Source of the DNA: the human T2T-CHM13v2.0 reference genome, Homo sapiens
NCBI RefSeq assembly: GCF_009914755.1
Contig: NC_060942.1
Length of the DNA: 64,000 nt
Strand: one strand, 5' to 3'
The translations under genes and the position numbers were made by a program. Under the pieces are notes generated by a model. That model did not search any database. It was given only the letters and a program-made list of their open reading frames with translations, and had not been told where the DNA came from. Shown piece after piece: positions 35,175-48,797 of this stretch. How positions within the stretch are numbered: the stretch's first letter is position 1; the number at the start of each line of letters is the position of its first letter.

Positions 35175-36368
35175 CAACCAGCCAGAAAAACAACCAAGCA
35201 GCTACCCACCCAACCACCCATCCACCCACCCACTGACCCAACCAACCACTCCCCCACCCAACCACCTATCCATCCACCCACCGACCCAACCAACCAACCA
35301 ACCAACCACCCACACAACCACCCATCCACCCAACCCACTGACCCAACCAACCAAACCAAGCAACCACCCACCCAACCACCCATCCACCCACCCACTGACC
35401 CAACCAACCTAGCAACCACTCACCCAACCACCCATCCATCCACCCACTGACCCAGCCAACCAACCAACCAACCAACCACCCTCCCAACCACCCATCCACC
35501 CACCCACTGACCCAACCAACCAACCAAGCAACCACCCACCCAACGACCCACCCACCCACCCACTGACCCAACCAACCAACCAAGCAATCACCCACCCACC
35601 CACCCACCGACCCAACCAACTAACCAACCAAGCAACCACCCACCCAACCACCCATCCACCCACCCACTGACCCAACCAACCAACCAAGCAACCACCCACC
35701 CAACGACCCACCCACCCACCCACTGACCCAACCAACCAACCAAGCAACCACCCACCTACCCAACCAACCCCCACTTACCCAATCAACCAACCAAGCAACC
35801 ATCCACTCACCCAACCAACCACCCACCCACCCAAGCAACCAATCAACGAACCAAGCAACCACCCACCTACCCAACCAACTACCCCCCACCCACCCAAGCA
35901 AGCGAGCAAGCGAGCAAGCAACCAAGTAACCATCTACTCACTCAACCAAGCAACCACCCACCTACCCAACCAACCAATCAACCAACCAAGCAACCACCCA
36001 CCTACCCAACCAACCAATCAACCAACCAAGGAACCACCCACCTACCCAATCAACGAACCCCCCACCCAACCAGCCAAGCAACCAAGTAACCATCCACTCA
36101 CCTAACCAATCAACCAATCAACCAATCAGGCAACCACCCACCTACCCAACTAACTAACCCGTAACCACCCAACCAACCAAGCAAGCAACCACCTGCTCAC
36201 CCAACCAACCAATCACCAAACAAGCAACCACCCACCCACCCACTCAACCAACCAACTACCCAACCAAGCAACCACTCACCCAACCAACCATTCAACCGAC
36301 CGACCGACCGACCGACCGACCCACCGACCCGACCGACCAACCAACCAACCAAGCAACCATCCAACCAT
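35175..36368 (+). repeat. Complex (CCAA/CCCA)n tandem repeat with 44-60 bp units, ending in (CCGA)n
   Basis: Plus strand is almost purely C and A; CACTGACCC landmark recurs; (CCGA)n at about 36296-36337. Confidence 0.97.
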
Positions 36369-36434
36369 TCAAGAGTGTGTTCGGGGGGATTTTCGCTCGG
36401 GGCTGACGCGGTTCTCTGGCCGCTGTGCCGTGCT

Positions 36435-36453
36435 GGGCCACTAGGTGGCAGCG
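36435..36453 (+). promoter_or_regulatory. Candidate CTCF site
   Basis: GGGCCACTAGGTGGCAGCG matches the CCASYAGRKGGCR core. Confidence 0.6.
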
Positions 36454-36529
36454 GAGGCCGCCCGGAGCGACAGCCGGCGGTGCGGAGGCGGGCCCGGCGC
36501 GGGCAGGCAGGAGGCTTAAAGCCCCGCAG

Positions 36530-36653
36530 AGCCGCAGCCGCCTAGCTGGGGGAGAGGCCCGTCCGGGGCTGGCTCTGAGCGCCGCACGGCCGTCGGATCC
36601 CGGGGACGCCGGGGGCCCGGGCTGAGCGCCGCGGCCCGCGAGGAGGAGCACCG
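36530..36653 (+). other. MC5R: Putative non-coding exon 1 of MC5R (start approximate)
   Basis: Downstream of the TATA-like motif; donor CCG|GTAAAT at 36653/36654; candidate acceptor TTTTACAG at 38104 with branch-like CTAAC at 38065-38069. Confidence 0.6.
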
Positions 36654-36875
36654 GTAAATAGCCACAACTTTCTATCTCCTTGAGATCCTGAGAATAAATG
36701 CAAAATCGCGCTTCCGCTGCATGTGGAAGTGAGCGGGGCGGCAGCTAGCTTGCCCCGTGAGTTTTTAACACAGCTCGATATGATGTTTAGTATAATTGCA
36801 TAATTTACCGATATATCTGAGCTGGAACTCAGCTGTAACAAATGATTGTAGTTCAATAAATGCTTAGATTACCAA

Positions 36876-37042
36876 TTTTTTCCTTTTTTATTTTTATAGA
36901 TTTAGGGGGTACAGGTGCTGTTTTGTTATATGGATGTATTGCATAGTGGTGGAGACTGGGCTTTTAGTGTAGCCATCACCCCTATAGTGTACATTGTACC
37001 TATTAAGTAATTTGTTGTCCCTCACCCCCTCCCTCCCTCCCA
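36876..37042 (-). mobile_element. L1MA 3' end fragment in the putative MC5R intron
   Basis: TTTAGGGGGTACAGGTGC..TTGTTATATGGATGTATTGCATAGTGGTG is an antisense L1MA tail. Confidence 0.8.
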
Positions 37043-37827
37043 AAGTGATTACAAATATTAATGATGACAGTGATGACAGAAATTCTCTCCAGATGTGATC
37101 TGAGTTTGGAGGGCAAAGGGATTTTTGAAAATGAATCATAAGAGAGAAATTTTGCAACAAAGGAGTGTGGTACATTTAAATTGCTGTTTTTTTTTTTAAA
37201 TACTGTGCTCACGCGGACCTAATAAACTATCAAGCAGACCTCATGGAATTCCACATAATGCAGAAGCGAGGGAAAAATAGGTATTGAGGGAAAAGCAGCA
37301 CTGTTTTCCTCAATTTTAACACGTATGTGCAGCCTACACTTACAAACTTAAGACAGTAGCTTTTAACATGTGACTTTGCTCAGGGTAACAGACCATTCTG
37401 GTTATAGCCTTACTTACAGCTGTGGAGGCTGAATCCTGATGGGTCTAAGAAGTGTCAGGACAAGTGTTAGGGATGCACCTGTCTGTCTGTCTTAAGGGAA
37501 TACGGGTCTGGGCAGTCTTAAATCGGAGCTCCCTTGAGGAGAATGTCGTGCAGTAGCCTTAGGAATGTGAACATTGGGAGACTGGCTGGGATTTTGTAGG
37601 TTATGAGTTGGGGACACTTATGATAGTGAACTTGAGCCCAGGAGAGAAGCCATAAAAAGTGAAACTGTCCTGGGCACTTGGAGGTGAGTGTCTCTCTAGT
37701 AAGATGCATGTGAAAGGCTGGGAGCTGAAAGCAAGGAGAGCAGAAGAGGCTGGTGAAGATTCTAATCTGCGTGTCCAGGGGCACTCTTCCAGGTCTCAGG
37801 AACGCAGGTCAGAATGTGCAAGCCAGC

Positions 37828-37960
37828 TGCCGGGCACGTGGCTCACCCCTGTAGTACCAGCACTTTGGGAGGCTGAGAGAGAAGATCGCTTGTGGCCAGG
37901 AGTTTGAGACCAGACTGGGCAACATAGGGAGACCCTGTCTCTTAAAAAAAAAAAAAAAAA
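37828..37960 (+). mobile_element. FLAM / Alu left monomer
   Basis: Left-arm Alu followed by poly-A. Confidence 0.85.
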
Positions 37961-38143
37961 GGACTGAGTGAGCCGAGCCCAGTCCTCTGATGCACTGTGT
38001 CATTCATCCCCTTTCTTAGGCTGTGTTGGTTCTAGGCTAGCTGCTGTCTTTCTTTGGTAGGCTGCTAACCTCTTTGGATTGTGAATTTAAAACATGTTTT
38101 ACAGTAAATTTGCTGCCAAGACAAGAGGTGTATTTCTCCAGCA

Positions 38144-39121
38144 ATGAATTCCTCATTTCACCTGCATTTCTTGGATCTCAACCTGAATGCCACAGAGGGC
38201 AACCTTTCAGGACCCAATGTCAAAAACAAGTCTTCACCATGTGAAGACATGGGCATTGCTGTGGAGGTGTTTCTCACTCTGGGTGTCATCAGCCTCTTGG
38301 AGAACATCTTGGTCATAGGGGCCATAGTGAAGAACAAAAACCTGCACTCCCCCATGTACTTCTTCGTGTGCAGCCTGGCAGTGGCGGACATGCTGGTGAG
38401 CATGTCCAGTGCCTGGGAGACCATCACCATCTACCTACTCAACAACAAGCACCTAGTGATAGCAGACGCCTTTGTGCGCCACATTGACAATGTGTTTGAC
38501 TCCATGATCTGCATTTCCGTGGTGGCATCCATGTGCAGCTTACTGGCCATTGCAGTGGATAGGTACGTCACCATCTTCTACGCCCTGCGCTACCACCACA
38601 TCATGACGGCGAGGCGCTCAGGGGCCATCATCGCCGGCATCTGGGCTTTCTGCACGGGCTGCGGCATTGTCTTCATCCTGTACTCAGAATCCACCTACGT
38701 CATCCTGTGCCTCATCTCCATGTTCTTCGCTATGCTGTTCCTCCTGGTGTCTCTGTACATACACATGTTCCTCCTGGCGCGGACTCACGTCAAGCGGATC
38801 GCGGCTCTGCCCGGGGCCAGCTCTGCGCGGCAGAGGACCAGCATGCAGGGCGCGGTCACCGTCACCATGCTGCTGGGCGTGTTTACCGTGTGCTGGGCCC
38901 CGTTCTTCCTTCATCTCACTTTAATGCTTTCTTGCCCTCAGAACCTCTACTGCTCTCGCTTCATGTCTCACTTCAATATGTACCTCATACTCATCATGTG
39001 TAATTCCGTGATGGACCCTCTCATATATGCCTTCCGCAGCCAAGAGATGCGGAAGACCTTTAAGGAGATTATTTGCTGCCGTGGTTTCAGGATCGCCTGC
39101 AGCTTTCCCAGAAGGGATTAA
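38144..39121 (+). CDS. MC5R: Melanocortin 5 receptor, class A GPCR, 325 aa, intronless CDS
   Basis: N-terminus [22 protein letters not shown]; melanocortin motifs [27 protein letters not shown] (139-141), [20 protein letters not shown]; C-terminal CC; Phe at residue 209. Confidence 0.99.
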   Translation: MNSSFHLHFLDLNLNATEGNLSGPNVKNKSSPCEDMGIAVEVFLTLGVISLLENILVIGAIVKNKNLHSPMYFFVCSLAVADMLVSMSSAWETITIYLLNNKHLVIADAFVRHIDNVFDSMICISVVASMCSLLAIAVDRYVTIFYALRYHHIMTARRSGAIIAGIWAFCTGCGIVFILYSESTYVILCLISMFFAMLFLLVSLYIHMFLLARTHVKRIAALPGASSARQRTSMQGAVTVTMLLGVFTVCWAPFFLHLTLMLSCPQNLYCSRFMSHFNMYLILIMCNSVMDPLIYAFRSQEMRKTFKEIICCRGFRIACSFPRRD

Positions 39122-40247
39122 GCACAAAGTGCTCCTCTCTGTGGCTCTGTTCTCCTTTGTTTGCTCACCTATGACAAAGCGACAGCCAAGGGGTAGGCGG
39201 GAGTGCTAGCATCCCATTTTTCTCTTTACCAGCTCAGACATGGGCCTAAGAGGCTCTCTCTGTTCAGTTCCTGGTGATTATGTCCAACATGCAAGGGTTG
39301 CTTATCCACTCTGGGGACAGTCATGACAATTTCTTACTGTCCTTTTGTGTCCTATGGTTTCTACTGCTCCCACCCATTTCTGGGGGCCCCATCCACCCTC
39401 CACCTAGCAGGCATGTGCTCGGGGAATGCACAGCACCCTCAGTGCAAGCCAGACATGATGAAACACGTATTGTGACGCGAAGAAAACCGTGATATCGACG
39501 CCAGGTGGGATTGCTTCTTCTCCCCAGAAGCAGGTCCACACTCTGCTGGCTGCACTCTGAGCTATGCATGCTTTTCAGGGAAGAAAAGAGTGGCCAGATT
39601 CTTTCCATCAGAAGCAATCTGTTCATTTGTTCTGAAATGTCTTCTTTGCTCCCCTTGCCTGAACTTTTGATTCATGGCTTTTGTTCATAATTGTCTGAAT
39701 AATTGTACTTCTGTCAATCATGGTGTTGCGCTTACCCAGACATAAAACCTTATGCTAGAAACCCTGCCTCATGTGCTGTGGAAGACTCTGTGACTCTTTC
39801 TTACTGTCTTATTTGGGCTCAATCTGGGGTTTCCAAAAGGATGACTGGGGGCATTACAGGGGCTCAAGGAGTTCAAGGTGCCCAGTGCTGCAAGTAGCAC
39901 ACGTCCACAGCCAGGCTTGCTTTGAGTGGCTCACACCGGATCTGTGTTGGAGTCTGAACTCTGGCCTGTGTACTTGGAGGCATGTCAATCTCATTTCAGC
40001 AGCCAACAAAGGTCAGGGCCCAACCTATAGCCCAGGGAGCCCCATCTTCTCCCAACCTAGACTGGAGCAGAGAAACCCGAGTTCAGGTGCTAATTCTGCC
40101 TTTCACTGCTGTGTGGCGTGAATCATCTTATTTCAGGTTCCACATCTGTGCTGACTGTACACGATGGCCATGAGAACTGCAAAATTGTGTGAGCTTCTTG
40201 TAAATTTGTAAAGCACTATAGGGTTTGCTTTTTATTTTAAAGAAATG

Positions 40248-40366
40248 CTCGGATTAGAGGTGTGAGCCAGAGGTTGCAGTGAGCCAAGATTGCACCATTG
40301 CACTCCAGCCTGGGCAACCATTCAAGACTCTGTCTCAAAAAAAAAAAGAAAGAAAAAGAAAAAGAA
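40248..40366 (+). mobile_element. Truncated Alu with inverted 5' segment
   Basis: 40248-40268 is antisense Alu head, 40269-40366 is sense Alu 3' end plus A-tail; TSD AAAGAAATG. Confidence 0.8.
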
Positions 40367-42216
40367 AAAGAAATGACTAGATGGGGTAAATACTAAGGAA
40401 GGACACGGGGGCCAATGGTCAGAGCAGTGGCCTGGACACCAGGAGGCTTGTGTGGTCCTTCTCTGAAGCAAAGGGCTGGAGTCCTTGCAGCTCTCACAGT
40501 CCACTCTTGTAATAACTTTTGGTATGATTCCTATTTTCTGCTTTGTATTGGACATTCACATCTAGACTGCACCCAATGAAAAAAATGTATATAAAGCAGA
40601 GGACCATTGGGTCACACAACAGTGAGCTGCTAGTGCAGAAGAGGGACCCTTCCTGTTGAGGCCTGCCAGGACAGAGGGGCTTCCTGGGTGTAGCCATATC
40701 AATAACTTATGCACTTGACCCCTGCCCCTGGAAATGCAGAGTCCAGGAAAGAAACGGTGCTGGCATGAACAGGAGTGTGCATAAGACATCCAAATCATTT
40801 GAAAACTGGCAAATTAGCAGGCTGTTGGCAACTGAGTTTTGAAGGGGCAGCTATCTTTTCAAATGTTTCCTGTTCCTTTTTGCTGAAAATTCATGTGTGT
40901 ATCCACGAATGGGCAGTAAGTGGTCCCGTGTAACCACCATGGGGAACCACAGTGCATTGTTCCCGTGGGATGTGTCTCAGGAGCCTGGCTTCTGTGAAAG
41001 CTGGCCTCTCTTCTGCCCCACGCATCTCGGTGGCCCCATGTCCTACAGCAGCTTCAGGCATGGAGCAGGTGCACCAGGAATGCTTGTTATTGTTGCAAAA
41101 CAAATGTGTATTGACTCTTCTGCCTGCTAGACCTGAGTACTAAATGAGTTCCAATCCTATGGGCAGAAACTTCAACCCTGTGGTTGACACTGGCCCCGTC
41201 TAGGAACCCAATTCTCTTTAGGCTAATTTTCTGCTCTGGTGCTTCATGAGTTGCTACAAGATCTGACCTTTCATAAAAAGGTCTTTATGGAAATGCTCAA
41301 ATGCCTTTTAATCTTTATAAATAGTGCAGAAATAACCCTAGTATTTAGATGTGTCTTCATTTGGAAGGAATACATGTGTGTAGTGACTTGGTAAATATCT
41401 GTACATAAATGAGCCAACCCTTAGCACCCAACACAAAGTGTCTCCCCCAAAAAGAATACATATAACTGTCAAATATTGTATGATATGGTATGTTAAATAT
41501 CTGCTTCTGTAGGAAATTTGTTTGATGTAAAAACGTGTGTTCAAGGAAATGGTTAATAAAATGGAAGGAGCAGACCACCTGTTTGAACTGGTCATTCTGA
41601 TATCCAGAATGGTTTTGGTCTTTCTGCCAATTCGTTAGCAGCTACTGCAAAATGAGAAGGCACATTCGTTGGTGACTTGTGGTGAAGTCTCCTTGACAAT
41701 ATTTATTGCCTGTAGGATGGCCATGTCTCAGACCAAAATGATATAACACCTACAAATAAAATAAAATTGCACACTTGACCTTATATACTGTGCAAAAGTC
41801 TGTGTCTTAGTGAGCAAGCATTTTAGGGATATCACCTAGCATGTGCTCACAGTGGGGCTAGAAGCAGTGGCCATTAGAGAATCTCTGCCATCAGTGAGTT
41901 TATAGGACATTAGTTATTTCAAGACATGACAGATTTCCAGATCCTACACATCAATAAAATTAGATGACTCTGAGCATGTCTTGTGTTTTTCTGCTTCCAG
42001 ATTGTGTTGAAGCTGCACAATCTTCAGGGCACACCGTCTATACCCATATGAATCTTAACGTTCATCCCAGATGCCTTTCTTCTAGGAGGCCCTTTTGACC
42101 TCCATAATTATACCTCACAATGGCACACATTCTGCTGGGTACTCCGGAGAGTAGATTGTTTTTATGTCCTTTGCCAGAACACAAGCATCTTTGTGAGAAG
42201 GGATTTGTGTCAGGGC

Positions 42217-42733
<517 letters not shown>

Positions 42734-42734
42734 A

Positions 42735-44280
42735 GTTAGAAGCTGGTTTGTTACACGTAACAGAAAACCTGCAGAAATCCAGTGACGTGGCCAAGATGAA
42801 AGTTTATTTCTCTTTTACAGAGAAGAAGTTGGGAGGTAAGGATTTCAAGGCTAGAATGGAGCTCAAAGGCACAATAAAGAATCCAGACTTCTATCTTTTT
42901 TTAAAAAAAGAGATGAGGTCTTGCTGTGTTGCCCAGGCTAGTCTTGAACTCAAGTGGTCCTCTTGCCTCAGCCTCCTGAGTAGCTGGGACTATGTGTACC
43001 ACCATGCCTGGCTTCTATCATTGTTTAAGGTCAATTCATGGCCCAAAAGGGCTGCTGGAGCTCCAGCCATAATAGCTGAATTACAGGTTAGAACAGGAGA
43101 GGCAGTCAGGAATGGCAGCTTTTCATCACAGGTGTTCTTCATCATCCTGGGAAATCATCTCCTCTTATTTCTTTGATTAATTTTTTTTCTTTTTCCATTT
43201 CTCTTTTTCTCTTTTCATGACTCGTATTAGTCAAACATGGGTCCATCGGCATCCATCTTCCATGTCCCTGAATCTTTCTCGTACTACCTGCTTCCTCTCT
43301 TGTCTTTTTTTTATGTGTTCTGAAAGACTTCTTCAACTTTGTCTTTTCCCCCACCTCTTCTATTGAATTTTAATTTGGTAACTATATTTTTAATTTCTGT
43401 GACTTTCTATTTATCCTTTCCTTGCCTTCTTTTTATAGCAAGCTGTTCCTGCATTCATAGACCCATATCTTGTCTATTTTTTCTGAAGACTGTCATTAGA
43501 TTTTTTAAAACTCTGTCATCTGACTTGAATCATTTGTTTCCTCCAAAGTCAATTGTCCTGTTTATCATGCTCCTTCTCATGGGTAAGGCTCATTTCCCTC
43601 AGCTGCTGGGTGAACCTGGATTGTCCACGAAGGAGTGGGCTTGATTGATTTAGTACTTGCATGGGTCCGTGCAGCTCTGCTGGATGAAAACAGCTGGTTG
43701 TGCAGCTCTCTGGTGGTGTGTGGAGCCCATCTGGTGGCAGAGGTTACGTGAAGGGTGTCTAGCTGCACCCTGTCTGCTAATAGAATAGCCTGTTCTATTA
43801 GCCTGTCTGAGCTAAAATGAGAGAGAATTTACTATGGGGATCGGTTCTTCATGCTGGGAATGCAGCTCCCCCTAGGCATCCTCCTGGGTGCTTTGGGGGT
43901 ATGATTTTGCATTCACTCTGAGGGCACCCTGGGGAGATCGGTGTGGAACGGCCATGCCACAGTTCTGCATGTGCTCCTTCTGTGGGTCCCCTCAATTGTT
44001 TCATATCCTTCCATCCTGGCTCTCAACTGCTGACCCTGACGGCTCCCTCCCTGGTTCTCTCTTGTGTGCCTTGGGCTGGGGCTTCCTTTAGTCTGTTTTT
44101 CTGTCAATCCACCCCACCCGCACTCCAGCTTCTAAAATTCTTCCCAAGTTTAGTCCTCTGTTGTCTCCTCTTCTGTTCTCAGAACTTTTATAAATTAGTT
44201 TTCCTTTATATAAACTTTTTACTGTCATTTCTGTGGATTTTCAGAAAGGAGTGGAGGTAGAGGTATAATCTGCAATGAGG
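42735..44280 (-). mobile_element. Old MLT1 fragment with an Alu piece (about 42900-43012), followed by a degenerate L1M fragment
   Basis: MLT1-like GCTGCTGGAGCTCCAGCCAT; T-rich L1 ORF1-like antisense sequence from about 43150. Confidence 0.5.
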
Positions 44281-44811
44281 AGTGAGGAATCCTTTCAGTA
44301 CATTTTTAGAAGATGGTTGGGGCTAGCAAGATCCATCCTGTAGGCAAAGCAGAAAAGCAGGAGACCACCCAGGACCCAGGCCTAGCTCTAAGCTGGCTCT
44401 ATTTAGAAGCACAGTCATGCCCGGGACGGGAGCCTTTGCCAATGTCAACAAGGGGAAGGAGTCGTGCCTCACCCTGGCTCCTTGATCAGTCTTTCTTCTT
44501 GTCCTGGACCATACATAACTAGAGAGAGCAAAGCAATCGGTGACTTCAAATGGAGATCATAACCCAGAACAGAGAACACAGGTAGGCAGCGCCACATCTC
44601 AGAGTCCCTGTCAGGAGACGTCCACTCATCTGTTCGGCGCAGACTGGTCCCTTTAAAGTTAATGGTCAAACTCTTTTTTGCCAGCAGGTGGTGGTAAACT
44701 TACCTCAAAATTTTTGTGTCTTCCACTAACCCTCTGACCAGCCAGTTAATGAGTTAAAACAACCCCAGGTGAGAATTCTTTCCAAGGCCTCAGTGCTTAA
44801 AAACTGCTTAA

Positions 44812-45520
<709 letters not shown>

Positions 45521-45739
45521 CTAAGGAGACTGATGCTTATAGAGATTAAAGAACTTGTCTAAGCTTCTACTCCTAATTTGTAGTTGTCTTTTAATTCAAA
45601 TTTAGGGGTTTCAGAAGTTGCCCCATTTCTTTGTTGAGTCCATGGATTTCTATGCTCTCTTTGGGTTCCTGCTGCTGTCTGCATGGGCCCAGTTTGATTC
45701 CTTCATCAGGACTCTGACTGCATAGCCTTCCATCCCCTG

Positions 45740-45741
<2 letters not shown>

Positions 45742-45783
<42 letters not shown>

Positions 45784-45810
45784 GCATGTTTGTGTGCACA
45801 CGTGTGTGTT
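45742..45810 (+). repeat. (TG)n microsatellite
   Basis: About 18 perfect GT units, then imperfect. Confidence 0.97.
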
Positions 45811-46489
45811 GGAGGGGCAGGGTAGAGACGGGATGAGAGGTGACAGGCAGCTGAGGTTCCAGATAAAAGTGACTGGTAAGAGCAGGTGCCAGGGGTGGCT
45901 GTAAAAATTCTGGTCTAGATCCAGCTTCCTCCAGAAGCTGATAGTGTGGCTCCCTCATGGCTAGCTGTTCAGGATTGCTACATTAGATGGCATGGCCTCT
46001 AAATAGTGGTTCCTCCTCAGCATGTGGGGGAGGCTGGTGCTGTGCTTACTCCAACCCCTTCTTCTGGGATTGTCTCCCCAGCTCCTCCCCACCAGACATG
46101 AGTGATAGGAGGAGGGTCCTTCATAAAACCCACTATGCAGGGGCTGCAGCTGGAGGCACTGTGGCTGAGGCATCTTTCCAAGTCTTTCCTTGATGGCCCT
46201 GGGTGCAATACTCCTTACAGATGGCTAGAACATCGTCAAAATATCCTCTCAGTAGTTTTTTTGAAGTTTCTGCATTAATGCCAGTTTTTTGGGATGACAC
46301 TGTCTTCCAGGGCCCACAATTGTTTATTTATTCAGCAAGTAATTATTGAGTACTGATATTAGGAGCATAGCAGGAAGTAAGATGCAGCTTCTTCCCTGAA
46401 AGGGTCCATGCCTGCGTTAAACTGGAGCAAAGAAGTGGAACTGGAAGAGTTATTTGTTATTTAAATAAATGATTTGAAGAAACAGTCCA

Positions 46490-46955
46490 TAGGCATTTGA
46501 TGCAAATAATTCTCAAGCATATGAAAAGATTTACGACATTTGTTTTTGTTTTTTTGTTTCAAGTTTCTGGTGAGTTTAATTTTATACCAAGCACGGATCC
46601 ACGACATTTCTTATAGAAAGATGCAAGTCCAGATTACTTTGTGATACCATTTTCAGCTATCAGAAGTCAACAATCCAAAGGTTTGTTAACACACTGCTGA
46701 TGAGGCTGTAGGGAGCTTGGCCCACTTCTCTGTTGCTGGGAGAAGTGTAAGTTGGTACAATTACTAAAATGCAAAATATGGCAACATCTGTAGCCATAAA
46801 ATTGATCAATGCACATGCCGTTGGACCCAGCATTTCACTTATGGGAATTCATCCTACAAATGTAGTAGCACAGAGGTGAAACTACATATGTAAATGGTTG
46901 CTCATACAGCACAGACTGTAACAGCAAAAGACTGGAAGCAATCCAAATATTAATC
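46490..46955 (+). mobile_element. Degenerate L1ME ORF2 3' fragment
   Basis: TTGGACCCAGCATTTCACTTATGGGAATTCATCCTA and ACAGCAAAAGACTGGAAGCAATCCAAAT. Confidence 0.7.
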
Positions 46956-47388
46956 CTGCGTTTTCTGACCCCTGTCTGAATGTCAGTTTAATTAAGCCTT
47001 ATGAATGTTGAGTAAGGTTTGGGAACACAGGCTCCTTCTACTTCATTTAGCCTTGGGTTAACAAATGGCAAATGAGCGGATGTCTCACTGATTTCTCACG
47101 CTGCTATACTTCCGAGAAAACACAGATTCCGAGATTAGGACTGAAGTCACAGTCAGAGATTTGTAACTGTATGTTTTGGCATTTGGTACTAGCAAATCTA
47201 ACACCTGCCTGAAAACCACGAATAGAGCTCTAATTACTGAGCCCATATTGGCTTGTTTCCTCTAAGTACTGGCTTTTTACTGCCTGTCGGCTTAATAAAC
47301 ATCCAAATTCCTCTGTGAGTAGGAGTCACCCAGGTGAGGGTGAGGAAAGACTCCGGGCAGGAGAAAGAGTGGGTGCAGAGGTCTAGAG

Positions 47389-47875
47389 CAGCAGTCCCCA
47401 ATCTTTTGGGAATCGGGAACCTGTTTTGTGAAAGACAATTTTTCCATGGACAGGACTGGGGTTGGGAGGTGGGATGGTTTTGGGATGATTCAAGTGCATT
47501 ACGTTCATTGTGCACTTTATTTCTATTATTATTACATTGTAATATGTAATGAAATAATTATACAACTCACCATAATGTAGAATCAGTGGGAGCCCTGAGC
47601 TTGTTTTCCTGCAACTAGATGGTCCTATCTGGGGGTGATGGGAGATGGTGATGGATCATCAGGCATTTGATTCTCATAAGGAACACATAACCTAGATCCC
47701 TCACATGTGCAGTTCACAGTAGGGTTCACACTCCTATGAGAATCTAATGTTGAGGAGGCTGATCTGACAGGAGGCAGGGCTCACGCAGTAATGCTTGCTT
47801 GCCTCTGCTCACCTCCTGCTGTGCGGCTTGGTTCCTAATTTGTCTGGTCTGTGGCTGGGGGGATGGGGACTCCTG
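47389..47875. mobile_element. MER1A-like hAT-Charlie element
   Basis: Termini CAGCAGTCCCCAA and TGGGGACTCCTG; 8-bp TSD GTCTAGAG (47381-47388) and GTCTGGAG (47876-47883). Confidence 0.9.
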
Positions 47876-48295
47876 GTCTGGAGGGACTGCACGTGGCCAC
47901 AGCAGAAGTCCCCACAAAGTGAGCACCCGGCCCACGGCTGTGCAAGATGAATCCCTGGAGTTACAGAAGGAAATATTATCTAAATAGCTATGCTTTACTG
48001 ATTTAAAAATAAAATCAGCAATAAGATGTGTATATAATTGGTAAATACGTACTCAAAATATATGACTGGTAAAAATACACAGAAAATTATCTACTGATAA
48101 AGATTCATGATGGAAGAGTTTGGACACCAGAAGAAAGAATGCGGAGACGAAAGGAGAGTCCATGGGGCTGAAACCGAGACAGATGGGTAGTAGATGCACA
48201 GTCCCCATTTTAAAGAGGTTCTATTTCCTCCTAAGGGTAATAGGAGCTTATCAAGGGGTTTTCCACCAGGAAGTGAATAACACGACAAGAGTTTA

Positions 48296-48797
48296 TATAA
48301 ATCATGCTGCTATAAAGACACATGCACACGTATGTTTATTGCGGCATTATTCACAATAGCAAAGACTTGGAACCAACCCAAATGTCCAACAATGATAGAC
48401 TGGATTAAGAAAATGTGGCACATAATACACCATGGAATACTATGCAGCCATAAAAAATGATGAGTTCATGTCCTTTGTAGGGACATGGATGAAATTGGAA
48501 ACCATCATTCTCAGTAAACTATCGCAAGAACAAAAAACCAAACACCGCATATTCTCACTCATAGGTGGGAATTGAACAATGAGATCACATGGACACAGGA
48601 AGGGGAATATCACACTCTGGGGACTGTGGTGGGGTCGGGGGAGGGGGGAGGGATAGCATTGGGAGATATACCTAATGCTAGATGACACGTTAGTGGGTGC
48701 AGCGCACCAGCATGGCACATGTATACATATGTATCTAACCTGCATGTTGTGCACATGTACCCTAAAACTTAGAGTATAATTAAAAAAAAAAAAAAAG
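48296..48797 (+). mobile_element. 5'-truncated L1HS, pre-Ta type, inserted in an L2-like remnant
   Basis: GATGAC-ACG-TTAGTGGG (ACG at 48687-48689) and CTTAGAGTATAAT (G at 48772); poly-A tail. Confidence 0.9.

Larger units (their letters stand above)
36375..36760 (+). promoter_or_regulatory. CpG island and probable MC5R promoter
   Basis: Very GC/CpG-rich; GC box GAGGCGGG near 36486; TATA-like TTAAA at 36516-36520; 1.5 kb upstream of the MC5R ATG. Confidence 0.8.

Noticed and set aside
35138-35925. Many W/G/V-rich and P/T/Q-rich ORFs
   Set aside because: Translations of the low-complexity tandem repeat
35175-36368. Repeat-spacer-like periodicity suggesting a CRISPR array
   Set aside because: Eukaryotic DNA, no unique spacers, no cas genes; it is a tetranucleotide-derived VNTR
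38158-39209. Antisense and alternate-frame ORFs overlapping MC5R
   Set aside because: Expected by-products of GC3-rich codon usage in the real CDS; no independent signals
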